Shown here piece after piece: positions 11,464-26,000 of a DNA stretch of 64,000 nucleotides. The notes below the pieces were generated by a model. That model saw only the letters and a program-made list of their open reading frames with translations, had not been told where the DNA came from and searched no databases. Made by a program: the position numbers and the translations under genes. Origin of the DNA: Trichinella spiralis (lineage: Eukaryota); the NCBI RefSeq assembly GCF_000181795.1, contig NW_003526943.1, forward strand, positions 10,412,789 to 10,476,788, given 5' to 3'. How positions within the stretch are numbered: the stretch's first letter is position 1; each line of letters starts with the position of its first letter.

Positions 11464-14400
11464 ATATTTATTTATAAACAGCTTTTGTTTCTTTCTTTGT
11501 TTGCGTTAGATACGAATCTTGGTTTTAGGAATTTACGATAATCTCACTTTGTAAATATATTTAGTTGTGATTTTATACGCAGCTGTTTCCATCGTTGTTA
11601 TACTACAACAACATCAGGCAACCTTCTGAGTTGGTGAACGCTGGAACGGAGTTGCATATTCTTAACTTTACAGCCTTAGTTTGATTGTTTAAAGTTAATT
11701 TTTTGGTTAATTTTCTCATTACTTATTTAACTGTCAGGAGAAACTTACTATTTAAATATTTTTAATACTATATGTAGTAAATTCTTTTGACAAAATCCAT
11801 TATTTATTGCCTAAACTGTGATATTATTTCATAAATATATGATATATAATTTTGTGGCATATGTTTTGAGCTATGGCATTGCTGAAGGTGACAGGTCTGT
11901 TAATCATAGCTTGTTTTTGCTACAGGGACTAAACTAAAAGAAAAAGAACTCATAAAATAAAATAATTATACAAATTCATTAATCTTCAAAAAAATAAGAG
12001 CAAAAGATGTTGTAAATAACAATATTTTTATTCATTTAAGTGCTGCATTAATTTTGCTATATATTAATTATATATTTTGTTGATAAACACATTTCGTCTA
12101 TTTGCTGAATCATAGCATACTGCCGAAAATGTTTTATTTACTTAAACTGATAAAGGCCGAATTGCTGTAATTAGTAAAAGCAGTTTTGTTTAGTAATAAT
12201 TAAACGGACCAATAATCTATATTTTCTAATGATTTCGACGATAAATGTTCGGAATTGTGATTCATACTTTTAACACATGCTTTTCCAAATTTTAGCTATT
12301 GACATGAAGTATATATATTTGTTTATTTAGTGAATAGTAAATTTCATTAGTCATTTTGAAGAGTAAAGAGCTAAAATTTAAACAGTATAGTGCCTCTTTT
12401 ACAGTATAAATGAAATGAGCAATTAATTTGTTTTTATTAATTATTACCGTAAATAAGCATTACATTCGCATTCAACATTTATCAATAAATAATTTAATTT
12501 AAAAAATTTATTTGAAAATATCAGGAAAAATTTAAAAGTATTTTGATTTTCTGGAATACGTTAATTAGAAAATCTGAAGGCAAATCAGAATTAAGAAAAT
12601 AAAGAAAATAATTACTGATGCATATTTGAAAAGTCTAGATTGTAGAACAAGCTCATTGTTAAACAATAAAATCACTTCTGCTAACAATCAATAAATTCAG
12701 ACTTTGTTAGCATAAGCAAATAAAGTACTGTCAGAGTATTCTTTCAGTTAATTAAAAAAATTAGATCCTTTTCGCTGATTTTCTTGTTTAAGAAAAATTT
12801 CATTTATTATTAACGAACTAACCAACTAATTAACAGTTAAAGCAGAGAATTTTGCTTTTTCAGTGAATAAATATTGAAAACATAAAATCCTGTGCCTTAA
12901 ATAATGAGCATAAACAGAAGTAAAAAAACGGATCAAATTATAAGAAATTTTCGATCAGCTTAAAACAAATTTACTTTAAATGATAATAATAATGATAATA
13001 GCAAGCTTATGATCGAATTTATTTGTTGATTTACAATTGATTTTGAGAACAACTGTTAAATCAGAAATATGAATGTAATTAAAAAGAAATATACCGAAAG
13101 TAAGATAATTTTGATGCTTTACGAGTAAAATTCTTACTAAATTTGACATGATATTAGAAATTCATAATCAAAATCCATTGATATATAATACACGTTTATA
13201 TAGTTTATATTTTGAAATTAGATTTGCATTATTGTTTTCTTTTTTAAATTAACGACAACATAAATTGAAATATTATTATTATTTTAGCAAACAACAACTA
13301 AAAATTTGAAATTAACAATGGTATGTTTTGCAAATTGTAATAATTGCACTGATAGATTTGGTGAGACTTCAGATTAAAACATGGCGTGAATGTATCTTAA
13401 AATAATTACTGTAGGAAATTAGTTTTTAATTTTTTTAATATGAAAAGATGACAAATTATAAGATAAAAATTTATTTTTACGAAAATCCTTTTTTTAATAT
13501 TCAGTTTGCCAGTGCACATGTAGTGAATGTTTTTGCATGTCATACGGTAGTTTTGTATTTAAAATATGTCAAAAAATAAATAATTGTATTTATTTAAAAT
13601 AAAATGACAGCAGTTAATTTCACTTTTGTCGTAAAAGTGATTAGCAAATTTTTCATTGCTCTTATCATGAAGGCTGAACATAACTTGATCAAATTGAACT
13701 TTTGATTAACTTATTTCGAACAAGTTGAATAAACTCTAATCATGTTCTATTCTTATTAGCGCAAGATAATTAAAAAACAACTGTACAATTAAAAAATTAT
13801 CATTCTAACAGCTGATCAATGCAAAATTGTTGAAAATTTACTGAATTGTAGAAAAAATCAAAATATACAATTTGAACATGAATTGTAAAATTGTGACCGT
13901 TTCTATTGTATCATGTGATTCTGAAAATTTCGTTAATTCTGCTAAAAGTAAAATGAAATACACATTTAATAAATACAAGCAAATCTTTAAATATTTTTGA
14001 TTTATAAATTTATGACCTTATATACATTCATTAATTTTTATAAATAAAATGCAGATAGTCGTAATATAAAACAGCAAATTAAATAATTTGTTAATCGTTA
14101 TTCAATAAACATAATACAAATTTACATCGTAAGCAATATATAAAATTGAATCAGTGATCTAGTACTATTTTATGGATTTTAAACTTGAAAGCTCACGAAC
14201 TGCAACAATTTTTAAAATATTAATATCAGAGTATAATTTCCTTGGATTTATTCTGTAACCAAAGAAAGCGAACTAAAAACAACATTCTTAACTGTTTTTT
14301 TCATAATTCTTATAATAATGCGTAAATAATTAATGTATTTTGAAAAAGGAAAACAACTTTTAAAAATCCTTGCAGTATTTTTAAACTGAGAAGTTTATTT

Positions 14401-16903
14401 AATTTTATTTTAAAATATATTTAAAAAAAAGCAATAATAAATTTCATTAATGACTAAAAAGAAATGCAATAAAGTGCGACTGTTAACGACTGTTGTTTAA
14501 TTAAAAAAAGTTAGTTATGGTAACGGATTAATAACAACGTCAGCAAAGACGCCCTTTCTTCATGTCTGAAAATATATCACCAATAATAGTAACTGTTGAA
14601 CATTTGAAAATTTCATTAAAATTTTCATTTATTTCATTTAGCTTCATTTCACTTCAGAAAAAATGTTTTCAAAATTAACAAGACTGCAGTTGGTACTTTT
14701 TCAAATATAAATTAAATTAAATTAAATTAATTTCAAATTTGAATGCTTAAATTCTACTGTTTCATTTTTTGCCATCATTATTCAAAGCACATGGCAATTT
14801 CCCTCAGGATTTCGTTCTTGGCTGCTGCTATATCATAAAGCATAACTGACCATCCGTTCCAAATTTCAAAGAACACTAACTGCTGTTTATTTTATACATT
14901 TTGTAGCTGATTCATGCATTTTGTGCAAAAAATTTTCAATCTGTTCACTAATCAGAATCAAGAATGCAGTAATAAAAATTTATTCATTTATCTGCTTAAT
15001 TACACAAAACTATGCAAACACTTTTTTGTACGTAAACTGCTAAAATCAGATTTCAATTATTGCTAGGGTGAATACTATCTATGAATCTATGAATATCATC
15101 TCTTCATCATTAAATCTATATATTCAATCATGAGTATGAATCTAGAATATGAGTAATAAATTTTTGAGGAAATTTCTACGAATTTGTTTCATAAATCACA
15201 TCAATTAATTATTAAAATTAAAAGAAATGCTACGTTTGAATTCTTTTTTTTAATTATATTTCCACTGTGCATAAAGTTTTGATTTTTATTTTTTAAATGA
15301 CGTTCAAAAATTGTATATATTTCCAAAACCAGCTGAATTTGGCTTCCAGGTATAATATTTTAATTTTTTTTACTTTACAGCATACCATAATAATAAAACA
15401 TAAATTCTGATTATTATGCCATATATACTTATATACTTACATAAATATACTTTTAGAAATACTTGGTTTTAGATTGCTATTAATGATATAAAATAATAAG
15501 AAAGGCAATTATTTCTAAGCAATAGGCACTCGTTCCATTAAGATAAATAAGCATTCATTTCATTTGTCAAAAATGCAGCTTCTTATAATAATGAAGTATT
15601 ACAATATTTAAAAAAATTTTTCTAAATTTGTATACAGTATATGTCAGTTAAAAAATGTTTCTCGAAATTATATTCATCAGTATTCAATAACAAATAGCAG
15701 CACCACAAATTTAACAAAAACAATGTATTTTTAAAAGACATGTGTTTTTTGTGAACTGTTTTTAATATTGCGTGAGATTTTTGTAATTTCTCAATCAATT
15801 ATTTAATTTTTGTTTTATGAAAGTTATTTCTTTTCAGAAAGCAAAAATTTTGACCAATGAATCATTTATGCAATAAGCAATAAATTAGAAAACAATTGCA
15901 GTGTTTCCATTTAAATTTACAAAGCAGTTTTGAAATTTAATCTGGCAGAGCTTTCATCAAATCAAGCAAATTTACAAAGTATGACATTCAGCTATGAAAA
16001 GTGAAGTGCAACTTTGAATGAACAATACTATTGGGGTTGGGTTTATCGAATGAAAATCGATTTGAAATTGCGATTAGAGATAGTATACGCTTTACCTGAA
16101 ATATTTGCCAAGCAAAATTCTAGCATGTAGAAGAAGACTATTAAACTAATGCATTAATTGCAAGGTTATTTAGTAGAATTTGCTTTTCAACACAATAAAT
16201 TGTGCTTTCAATCAGGATGTTAATGACAGGCGGCCTCTTTGCAACGTTCGCTTGTACAAACATAAATTTGCACTATTGGTCATTTCTAAACAGTTTATTT
16301 ATTTCGAATAGCCGCTGACAAAATTAGCTGATTTTCAACAGCAACGGTAAATTGGTGAAGCTGGTTGGAAAAAGGCCGGCCAATGAGTGATATATGTTCA
16401 GCATTTAATAGGTTGGAAGTTTTGCACTTTACGCGCGAAAGCAATTGGTGGGCGTGGCATATTTCATTTTGCACACATGCACCGTGCCGGCAACCCAAAT
16501 TGACAAAAGTGCAAGCTGCCAGTTTGAAATGCTTACAGCTTTGAACGACATCAGTGGAGCATGAATTTTAGAATGACAAACGGACTCCCAGTGTCCGCTG
16601 AACGGGCAGTCTACGTCAAAAGCTATTCTGCCGCTTCATCGCCGCTAATAAAGTATATTTATTTTCTGAACAACAGCAATATAGAAAATTTACTTCTATT
16701 TTTTTTTTCTCCTCATCCTCCTCTTTTTCTCATCTTTAACCGGATGTGATAATGAAAATTTGAAAGAAGTAAAGGAAAAAATAAAATTAAAAAATTGAAC
16801 AAATTTGTACCAAATTGCAAAACAGACGCAATCAGCAGTAATAATAATAAAAGTAGAAATCTGCATTTAAAAATGGAATAATGGAAGCTGCTCAGTTATC
16901 ATG

Positions 16904-19900
16904 TCAGGCGGCTCTATCTTGTTCGGGCCTGCTTTCAAATTTTCGGCAGCTGTCTCGCTTCATTGTATTCAGCTTACTGGGCGGACATGTGGCCATCTGG
17001 GCCAGCACCATACGCTCTTTGAAATCATCCTCGCAAAGGATCCTGTTATTGTCGACGTCGAGATAGAATTTTTCCCCGACACAAAATCTGAACAATTTCA
17101 ATCAGAATACACATTAATTAAATGGAAGATTAAAAATAAAATAAATTATTATACCTGCAATGACAATCCTGACAGCCGAAGCATTCCAAATGATAAACAT
17201 TTTTACCAGCTCGCATGACCATCTCACATGCCGGTATATCTTTGGAACAAGCACTGCATTTTCCTTTCAAGCCGAAAACACGGAGATAATCAGTCTTGCA
17301 AAGAATCATATCCTTCTTAACAAACAACGACGAGCCGACTTGAGTTAACCGACAATTGCACATTGCACACTGAAAAATTATTCTACATTATCATCAATCA
17401 ACCAATCATTAATCGAATTAAATTGTAAAACAACAATTACACATTTTTTTAAAACAAAAATTATATCTTTTTAATGTAACATTCCATAGGCTTATATTTA
17501 TTATAATAATTCAATGCACCGAACTGCATGGAATTATTCTTTTTCGTAAGGTATTTTATTCGTAAAAGATCAACAATTTTCAATTATGCTTGAAAATAAA
17601 TAAAATTCAAATAAAACTAACAAACGATGAATAAATTTAAGAATTATTAAAAGTAACCAAAATCAAAATATAAAACAATTAATTGTAAAGTTATTCCCTT
17701 GTGCAAAAATTATAATAATAAGTATTATGAAACATGCAAGTCATTATCAGTAGCATTGTTAAATGTAAATGTTAAATGATGCTTGCTATCTATACAAGCA
17801 AAACATGCCAAGATAATTAACTACTTAGTGAATATTTCTTCAAATGCATAAATTGAAAAAAATAATTAATAAACAAATTACCTATTTATATTTAATTTTT
17901 AATATTTCCCGCGCAATTTATCCACTTTGCAATGAAACACTAAAACTCTCTCCCTTTCTCCATCTTATGTTGAGGCTAATTTAAGGCTTCCTTTCCTTTT
18001 TACAAATGAAATGTTAAATTAAAATTACGTCAAAGAATAGTTAATTAAATGTATATATGTATATATATTAAAACATTTCTCATCTGTAAATTTCATCTGA
18101 ATCATTACTAAGCAAATGTAGTCAGTCGTTTCAGTTTTACATAACTGTATACAATACGATATAATACAATACAGTAGTAGACAATTGGAGGAAATGTTCT
18201 TAAATTATATTATAAAATGAACAAGTAGAAAAGTACAGTCTTATTTCTGAGTAAAATTTTACTGCTTAATGGATAAAACTGCTTAAAATTTAATTAAATG
18301 CAGAAATACATGAAAATCAAATAGCTTTTAAAAGCTTAACTTTAAGCAACTTTCACTTTGCTTATTGACGTAAATATCAAGATAACTAAGAAGTAAAAAG
18401 TAGGATTTTCAAAATTGTCAGTAGACAAATGTGCATCTACAATTAGATATAACAGTGAAAATTAAAATAAAACACTTTTCACAATTAGAAAAGCTTTAAG
18501 TATGCAAAATTAAATGCATTGCCTGATTGGCTATTGAATTCACTATACCTTATCGAAGTACGAGTATAAAGAATCAAAAATGTCATTTTATGAAATTTTA
18601 AATCACCATAACATTTAAAATTACATTTGAATAGACTGCTAATGAAACAATTTCCATTTATTTCTGAAAAAAAAATATTCAAAAGAAATATTTCTTCTTG
18701 GCTATGTATATACTTTAAAGTTCAATTGTGTACATTCAAATGCCAACTTTTTCACCTTTTGAATATTCGACATATATTAACATTATAGAAAGGAAAAGAA
18801 ACTAAACTGGTTAATTTGTATTTGCATTCGTTTAAATAAAAATGCACTCCATTATGAAAGTTGCTTTAAATAACATCCTGGAAAAGATAGTTTGTGAATT
18901 AACAATGTTAATGCAACAATGCAGCTAATGCGTGTTGCTTAAAAAGTAGCCATTCAATGGCAAAACACGTAAAAAAGTAAATATTCAATATAAAATTTAT
19001 ATGAGCTAAATATTAGCATATTTTTTAGAGTAGAAAATTTTCTCAAAAACATTTGCTGCCAAACCAAAACTAAATATTACTTTTTAAAAATAAAAACACT
19101 GTAAGCTGCAGTAAAAATAGCAGCAACTCAATTTTCAAGTGAACCATCATCTTAATGAAAGTAATATTTACATATGTACTAACTACACTATGATAAAAAG
19201 ATGGAAATGGCAAAGAGGCTAATAGCAAAGGCAAATAATGCAAAATGTGCTGATCTTTAGACTAGAGCAAACTTCTAAATTAGTATGCCGGACTAGCAGA
19301 ATGCACCAATTAGCGACTGCTGGCTAGTTAAAGCATGGAAGTTCTCTGGCCGGCGGAATCACAATTAGGGCTTCTCTGTACTTTCTGAAAGAGATCATTA
19401 CTGAAGCTGTTCACTAGGCATGTCGTCATTCACTCGTTTTACAACAACCGTCACAAAAGATGCCGCATAAATATGCAAAACAATTTGAACCTTTAAACGG
19501 ACATTGTTGATATCATTATTGTCTGTGCATTATTGCTTTTTGTGCATTTTTGCAAGCAAAGATGATTCATTGCGTGGGAAAAAAACAAATACTAAATTGA
19601 CCCAAAAAATCTGATCTGCCGCTTTACCTAGGTCACATGGCTATAGCAGACAATCCTTGAATGTTGTTTTTTTCTATTACTTTTTCTCTAGTTAGTGCTT
19701 GCCTGAGAAAATTCACTGCTCTATTCAAAACAACAATAGCAGTAATATAAATTCTATAACACAAGTTATATAAATAGTAATTTTCCACTCTAGTGCATAA
19801 TTGTGTTCTTGTGAGAAAGTGAAATTTTCAAAGATAAATAAATGCAAGCATTCAAAAAATAGCTAATTATTATTGCACTAAACATTTAAAACATTAAAAG

Positions 19901-20091
19901 CTCATACTAAGAAGATGCATTAAAATAAAAAAACAGATGCATACTGTAAGACAGTTTTCGTGCCAGTATTTGTCGATAGCTTTGAGCAAGTAACGATCGA
20001 GAATTCGCTGGTCACAAGCTGCGCATTTGAACGGTTCCAAACTTTCCGCGTGACTTTGATCCAACGGACAACAGTTGCTGTTGGTTAGCAT
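16904..20091 (-). CDS. LMO: LIM-domain-only protein (LMO1/3 / Drosophila Beadex-like), 181 aa; exons 20091..19945, 17369..17155, 17087..16904
   Basis: Two tandem LIM domains with no homeodomain: [31 protein letters not shown]...[11 protein letters not shown] and [44 protein letters not shown]...LCEDD. GT-AG junctions keep frame. Confidence 0.92.
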
Positions 20092-23000
20092 TATTTTTTC
20101 AACAATTGAGATTCAAAAGAAAATTTGAATTAATAAATAAATAAAAACAATTCGCTTTGTTTCCGTTGTTTTGTAAACAAATCAAGCAGCTCAACGTGGA
20201 CTATTCGGCGTCTGCAGCAACTTCACCACTTCTGCTGCTGACCCTACTACGCTGGTGTCGCACGTTGTCCAAACAATCAACGCTGATTGGTCGCCTACAA
20301 GCAGCCAGTGAATAATACCATTTATTTCAAAAGCAAGAATTTAAAATTTGTATTTTCAAAAATATACGTCATTTTATTAATAACTTTCAATTTGCAAAAT
20401 GCAGCTTTCTCACAAACACCGACCACTTGGCACTGCTGTCTTTGGAAATGAAATGCGGTTGAAATTCCAATTATTGGACAAAAAGAAACTAACTTTGACA
20501 CATAATAATACATGCATATCAAAAAATTCTGAACAGAAGCAAGTTTTTCTTTCCTCTCTCACTCACTTTTAGTTTTCCCTTCTAAATCATATTTCAAATT
20601 TTTATTTTTCATAATTTTTTACCATTTTCAAAATCAAATTACACAGATACACAGAATAATGAATGCATAAATACTTCATTTAAATTTAAAGCAGAAATTT
20701 CAAATTTAAACATAAACAGCAACAACACATTTGAAGAAATGTAAAGCAACTGCACAGTTTAAAATAATAATTTCAACTCATTTCAAAATTTCATTATGAA
20801 ATTTGAACAAATTCAATAAAATCACTTAGTTTCATAGCTCAGTACACCATAAATAAACAAGCTAATGTAATTTTATGCATGAATTCATTATTTGCTAATA
20901 TCGAATTAGATGATTAATGCAAATGAGAGAGATAAAAGCCTGTTGAAAGTATATGCACTTAAATTACTTATGAATCAAATAAATACTGCTGTTATTAGAG
21001 AATGATAACGAATTATAAAGTGAAATAGATTTATCATATTTATTGATAACATTTTCAATTGCATATTCTTACATGAACTGGAAAATGAATATGCTTTTAA
21101 GCTTAATTTATAATGGATGTATCATTTTAGAGAAAAAAACGAGAATTGTATAACTTTGACTGATGGTTAGCTGAACAAATATTGAAATTTCTACCATCTC
21201 AAATTAAACAATTGGTCAATGTTAATTTGATACAGGAAATTATTTATTGTTGCATTCTGAAAAAAGCAATTTTGCATTTGAGAAATGAATTCAGTTTTTA
21301 TTGGCACAATTAGAAATGAATCACACATGAGTGAAATGACAATTTATGAAAAAAAAGTAAGATAAAAATATATCAAAAGAGTTGTTCTAGATGCGGAAGC
21401 ATAAATTAATGTTGAAATTCTTCTAAACAATTATTCGAATTATTTTTATTAAATTTTGATAATTAAAATAAATTTATTATTATTCACTCTGGCAACACTG
21501 GATAGACGAGTGGATATTTTTCATTTCGAATGATCATCATAATCAATACTCATCGTTTGAAAATTTCACTGACTGTTTTTCTTGTCATTCAGCTTTCTTC
21601 AACTTTCCAAAGTAATTTGCATATTTATTATATTTTGCTTCAACAGATTATTACAAATGATATTCAAGTGATTTAATTTAAAAACATATAACAATGTCAA
21701 TATGAAGTTTACTTTTTACAAAAACAATTTCAAACCAGTGATTATCACAAGCATCTCCCCATACCACACCAAATGCCGCTTTTTTCAATATCAAATGTTG
21801 AACTGCAACAATTGCATTTATTTACTGATGGCAGAATTGAATTTAACGCGAAGCAAAATGGGGAAAAATTAATCTGCTATCAACAGTTGAATAAGGTTGA
21901 TTGAAAGATTATAAATTTTAAGGCAAATTTTAATTAAGCTGCTATTGCTGCACGTGTGAGAACATTGTTTCGAACAAATGCTACAGTTGAAATGAATTTC
22001 ACGTCGTTGTTTGTGCGGAAATTGTCTTGTTATAAATGTGATCAACATTTTCAATTTTCAATATTTTTATCATAAACGTTAGGCAATGTTGAAATTTCAT
22101 GAAAACTTTCAATATTTTATCTTCGTTTTATGTAATTGAATAAAGCAATAAATAGTCAATCATTTCAGATAATGATCGTTGAGATATTACTTAAATTAAA
22201 TGAAAAACAAGCTCAAACAGCACAACTCTAATTCATTATTTAATTTAATATTAAATTTTCAAATTTCAAAAGTAAAAAAATATTTATTATTCTATTTCTG
22301 CGCATACATCAACACTGCATACAAATATTTTTTGTAGCATGTACAAATTTACATGTACTGGTTAATGCTGCTAATAAGAATGAGTGAGTGATTTTTTCCC
22401 TTGGATATTTTTTTATTAAAAACAAAAAATCATATGCGCATTCATTTTAATTACGCAATAATTGAGAACTGTTCAAATTATAGTTAAATGAAATATTTGT
22501 TTCATATCTTAAGAGATTTCTATACGTTTTTATAAGATTGAATGGAAAATTTGCACTGTGTCGATGATATTTTTGTCAAAAACAATTTTCTATTTTGTTT
22601 TTTAGAAGATCAGCTGCGTTTAAATTACTGCTCATATTTATTTTTCTACTTTTAATAACTGTAAGAGTAAGTGCGTACGTTTTAGTAAAAATTTATTTAA
22701 AGTTGAATCAATTTATCACAAATATAATAGAAGTGTCATTACAATGAATTCATTTTATGCATAAAAGCAGTGTATGTAGGTTGTAGGTGAGCAATTTTCT
22801 TGATTATTAAATGTTCAGAAATTAATAACCCGAACTTTTTTACATTACCGCCATAATCACAAATATGAAGCCTGTATTGAACAGAAATTGCAATTTTATC
22901 CATTCATTATAATTGTCCAATATTGATAATTACAGTTGCTTTCAATTTAAAGAGATTAATTTTTCATTAAACATCATTACATGAAGTTAAACTAAATATT

Positions 23001-26000
23001 TTTTAATATTAAAAAATTAAAAGAAATTACACGATCATAATTATTGAGCTAAATTTCATAAAAGTATAATTTAATTATTAGTGATGGATTTTTTAATGAA
23101 ATTGTTCACAAAGTAGAAAGATGTTGCTGCTATATTCACAATCGAAGAATTATTGTAAAAAAAATCATGTGACGGAAAAAAAACTGGATATTTTTCCTCA
23201 TTATACGCCAGATTAGCTCGACTGAACAGTAATTTTGATTGGCAAAGGGTCAGCAGCATGCGTTCGACATGCGAATGGAGCATTTTCTTATGACAAAGGC
23301 ATCTGTACTAATTACCCACACCATTCCTTTATTAGCTTGCTCAATTATTCTGATCCATTATCTAGCCTTAAATAAAGAACGCCGTTCAGCCGAGTCAACC
23401 AATAAAAAAGCATTGTCCAGAAGTGAATTGGAATATAGTCGATTCACTGACCTGTAACATCACGGGTTACCATTTGCGCATGGGTCACTATTCATTTGAT
23501 TATGACAAAGTATTTTGGTATAGTGTGACCAGTTAAAGAGTTCAGAAACAGAATTTGTGTTTCAATTCAAAATAAGATATAGAGTTATTTTTTCAATAAA
23601 ACAGAAAAATATTAATATTGATTAAAGAAGAGCAACTTACCTTTTATAAAAAATAAATTGTAATATTAAAAAGTTGATTTTGATATATTTTTTGTATTTT
23701 CATTTTCAATAATATATATATATATATCTTGCTCAAGCATTTAAGCAAGGTAGTAAGTAAGTAAGCTTCTTTTCAAATGATTCTTCCCCTTTGTTATTTT
23801 TGTTTATTTGTTGATCAAGAAGAAGAAGAAGAAGAAAAGTTAATTAATAAATGCTCATGATGTTTATTTAACTTTGTCAGATCAAATATCTAGTCAGTTA
23901 TTTATGGTGAACAATCACGGCCAATAATTCACTTTCCAATAGTAATTATTAGTGAGGCAGTTCAATTTCAGCACTTAATTAGTCAGCTTGCTTTGCATTA
24001 CTTTTGTAATTAATGAAAATTTATATTATTGAAAAGGATATCACATCAACGCTGCACATGAGAAACATGCCAGGCAAATTGTATGCATGTTGAAGTTCAA
24101 CTGGTTGGTGATTATAAAACGTAAAATATAAAAAAAAGTATGTAAATTTAAATTCAAGCAATTTCACTTTTTATTATTGTATATAGAGATTAAGTGGAAA
24201 ATTGAAAGATTACCTCAGTGTTTCAAATCAACAAGTGTCAGTGTCAATGTTTGATCATTCAATTGAATGTAAATGAAATCAAATTTCAAAGGTGCTTTAT
24301 TATGGTATCGGAAACTGTATGCGTACAACAGTGAGCTTATCTTATGTGAAAGAAGGATAAATCGCCGCAAAAGGGAAATTGCTAATGCAAAAGCCTATTG
24401 CAGAAAATTATGCATTTAACGAACTGATTTCAATTTGCCAATGGCTTGATTACGAGGCGTTGACAATTGCTACTTCAATAAAAGCTCGGCGAATTGCTCA
24501 GCATAAGCTAGCAGCTAAAATAGCCAGTTGTAAGAGATTGCGAGCACAATTATGCTGGCAATCAGGGCATTTTGACCAATTTAATTTGACCGGAAACGAA
24601 AACGTCCAACGTTTTACTTACAATCCATTAGTTTAGACCTCTTTCATCACAATCCTGCTCGCTTGAGATACAACTATGAGAAACCCATAACTATATAGAT
24701 TCATCGACGACTGCTCACTTGACCAACTACTTACAATAGATCCATTAACCATATTATTTATTTACCTATCATTTGTTGAATTTGTTTTTTTCTTTCATTC
24801 TTCTTATAATTTTTATTATTATAATTATGATTATTATTATTATTATTAATTTTTCATAACATAATTTTAAAAATCTTTTCATTTTTACATAGTAATGCTA
24901 CTTCAGATTTCTTATTGTTATTTTCAGCCGATAATATTTATTCAATTGTTGTCTTGCAAATTTATTTTTAAATTATAAATATTAAATATTATTATTTTTT
25001 ACATCAATATTGAAAAATTATGTCATCCATTTATTCATACATTAATAATATTATTTCTATTTACATTAATATATTATACGTTTATATGAATTATATATTC
25101 TGATTGTTTACAAAAATTTTATTTTTAAAAATTCTAATTTTGCAAATTTTCTGTTAATCTTTAAATTTAATTTAATATTAAATAAAATATGCTTTTTAAT
25201 TAACAAAAGTTGGACATACAATTTTAAAATTTCAATAATGCATTCGAATTACTTTAAAGTTTTAACAAAATAAATTTATCATATGAATAAATATTTTTTG
25301 TTTTGTATATAGAAGATAAAATGGCAAAAGAAAAAGTAAAAGTTTTAATAATTCCAAAGTTAAATTTATCGCATTTTATAAAATTTATCATCTATTGATT
25401 TTGACTTCACTATTTAAAGTGAGTGTTGAAAATTAAAATCAAAACTACATAAAATTGGAGCAATGCAGGAATTTTTAAAATAATTTTTCCAAATCATAAA
25501 TGAACAAAACATTGATTTTGCTTTTTTATATACTTCGAAATGTTTCTTTAAATTATCCTAAAATATATGCCAAATATGTAATATTTCTTTTTTCATTTCT
25601 ACCACTATTTACTTTCTTTTATAGCAGATTCATTTTCAAGAATAAATTTCAAAAGTTTAAAATTCTTGAAAATTTGTTTAAACAGATTACCAATAATTAC
25701 GAGCATCATGTTATTTATTCAATTTATTATTATTACTATCATTACAATTAATTTGGATGTATTTATTTGTTTTAAACCTTTTAAAATACAACGTATATTC
25801 CCATTGTAATTAAGCTAGAAAATAAATGATTGTGAAAACCCCTTTTGCAAAAGAATTTGTCATTATGTATTTTTAATTGAAAATTTCAATGAAAATAGAG
25901 ACTTTACTTTGTTTTTTTCAGATGGTTTTATATTGAACTTTTTTTCTCACCCCTGTTATTTAATTAGTAAGTTAAGTGCATGTATTTTTTCGTTTCATTT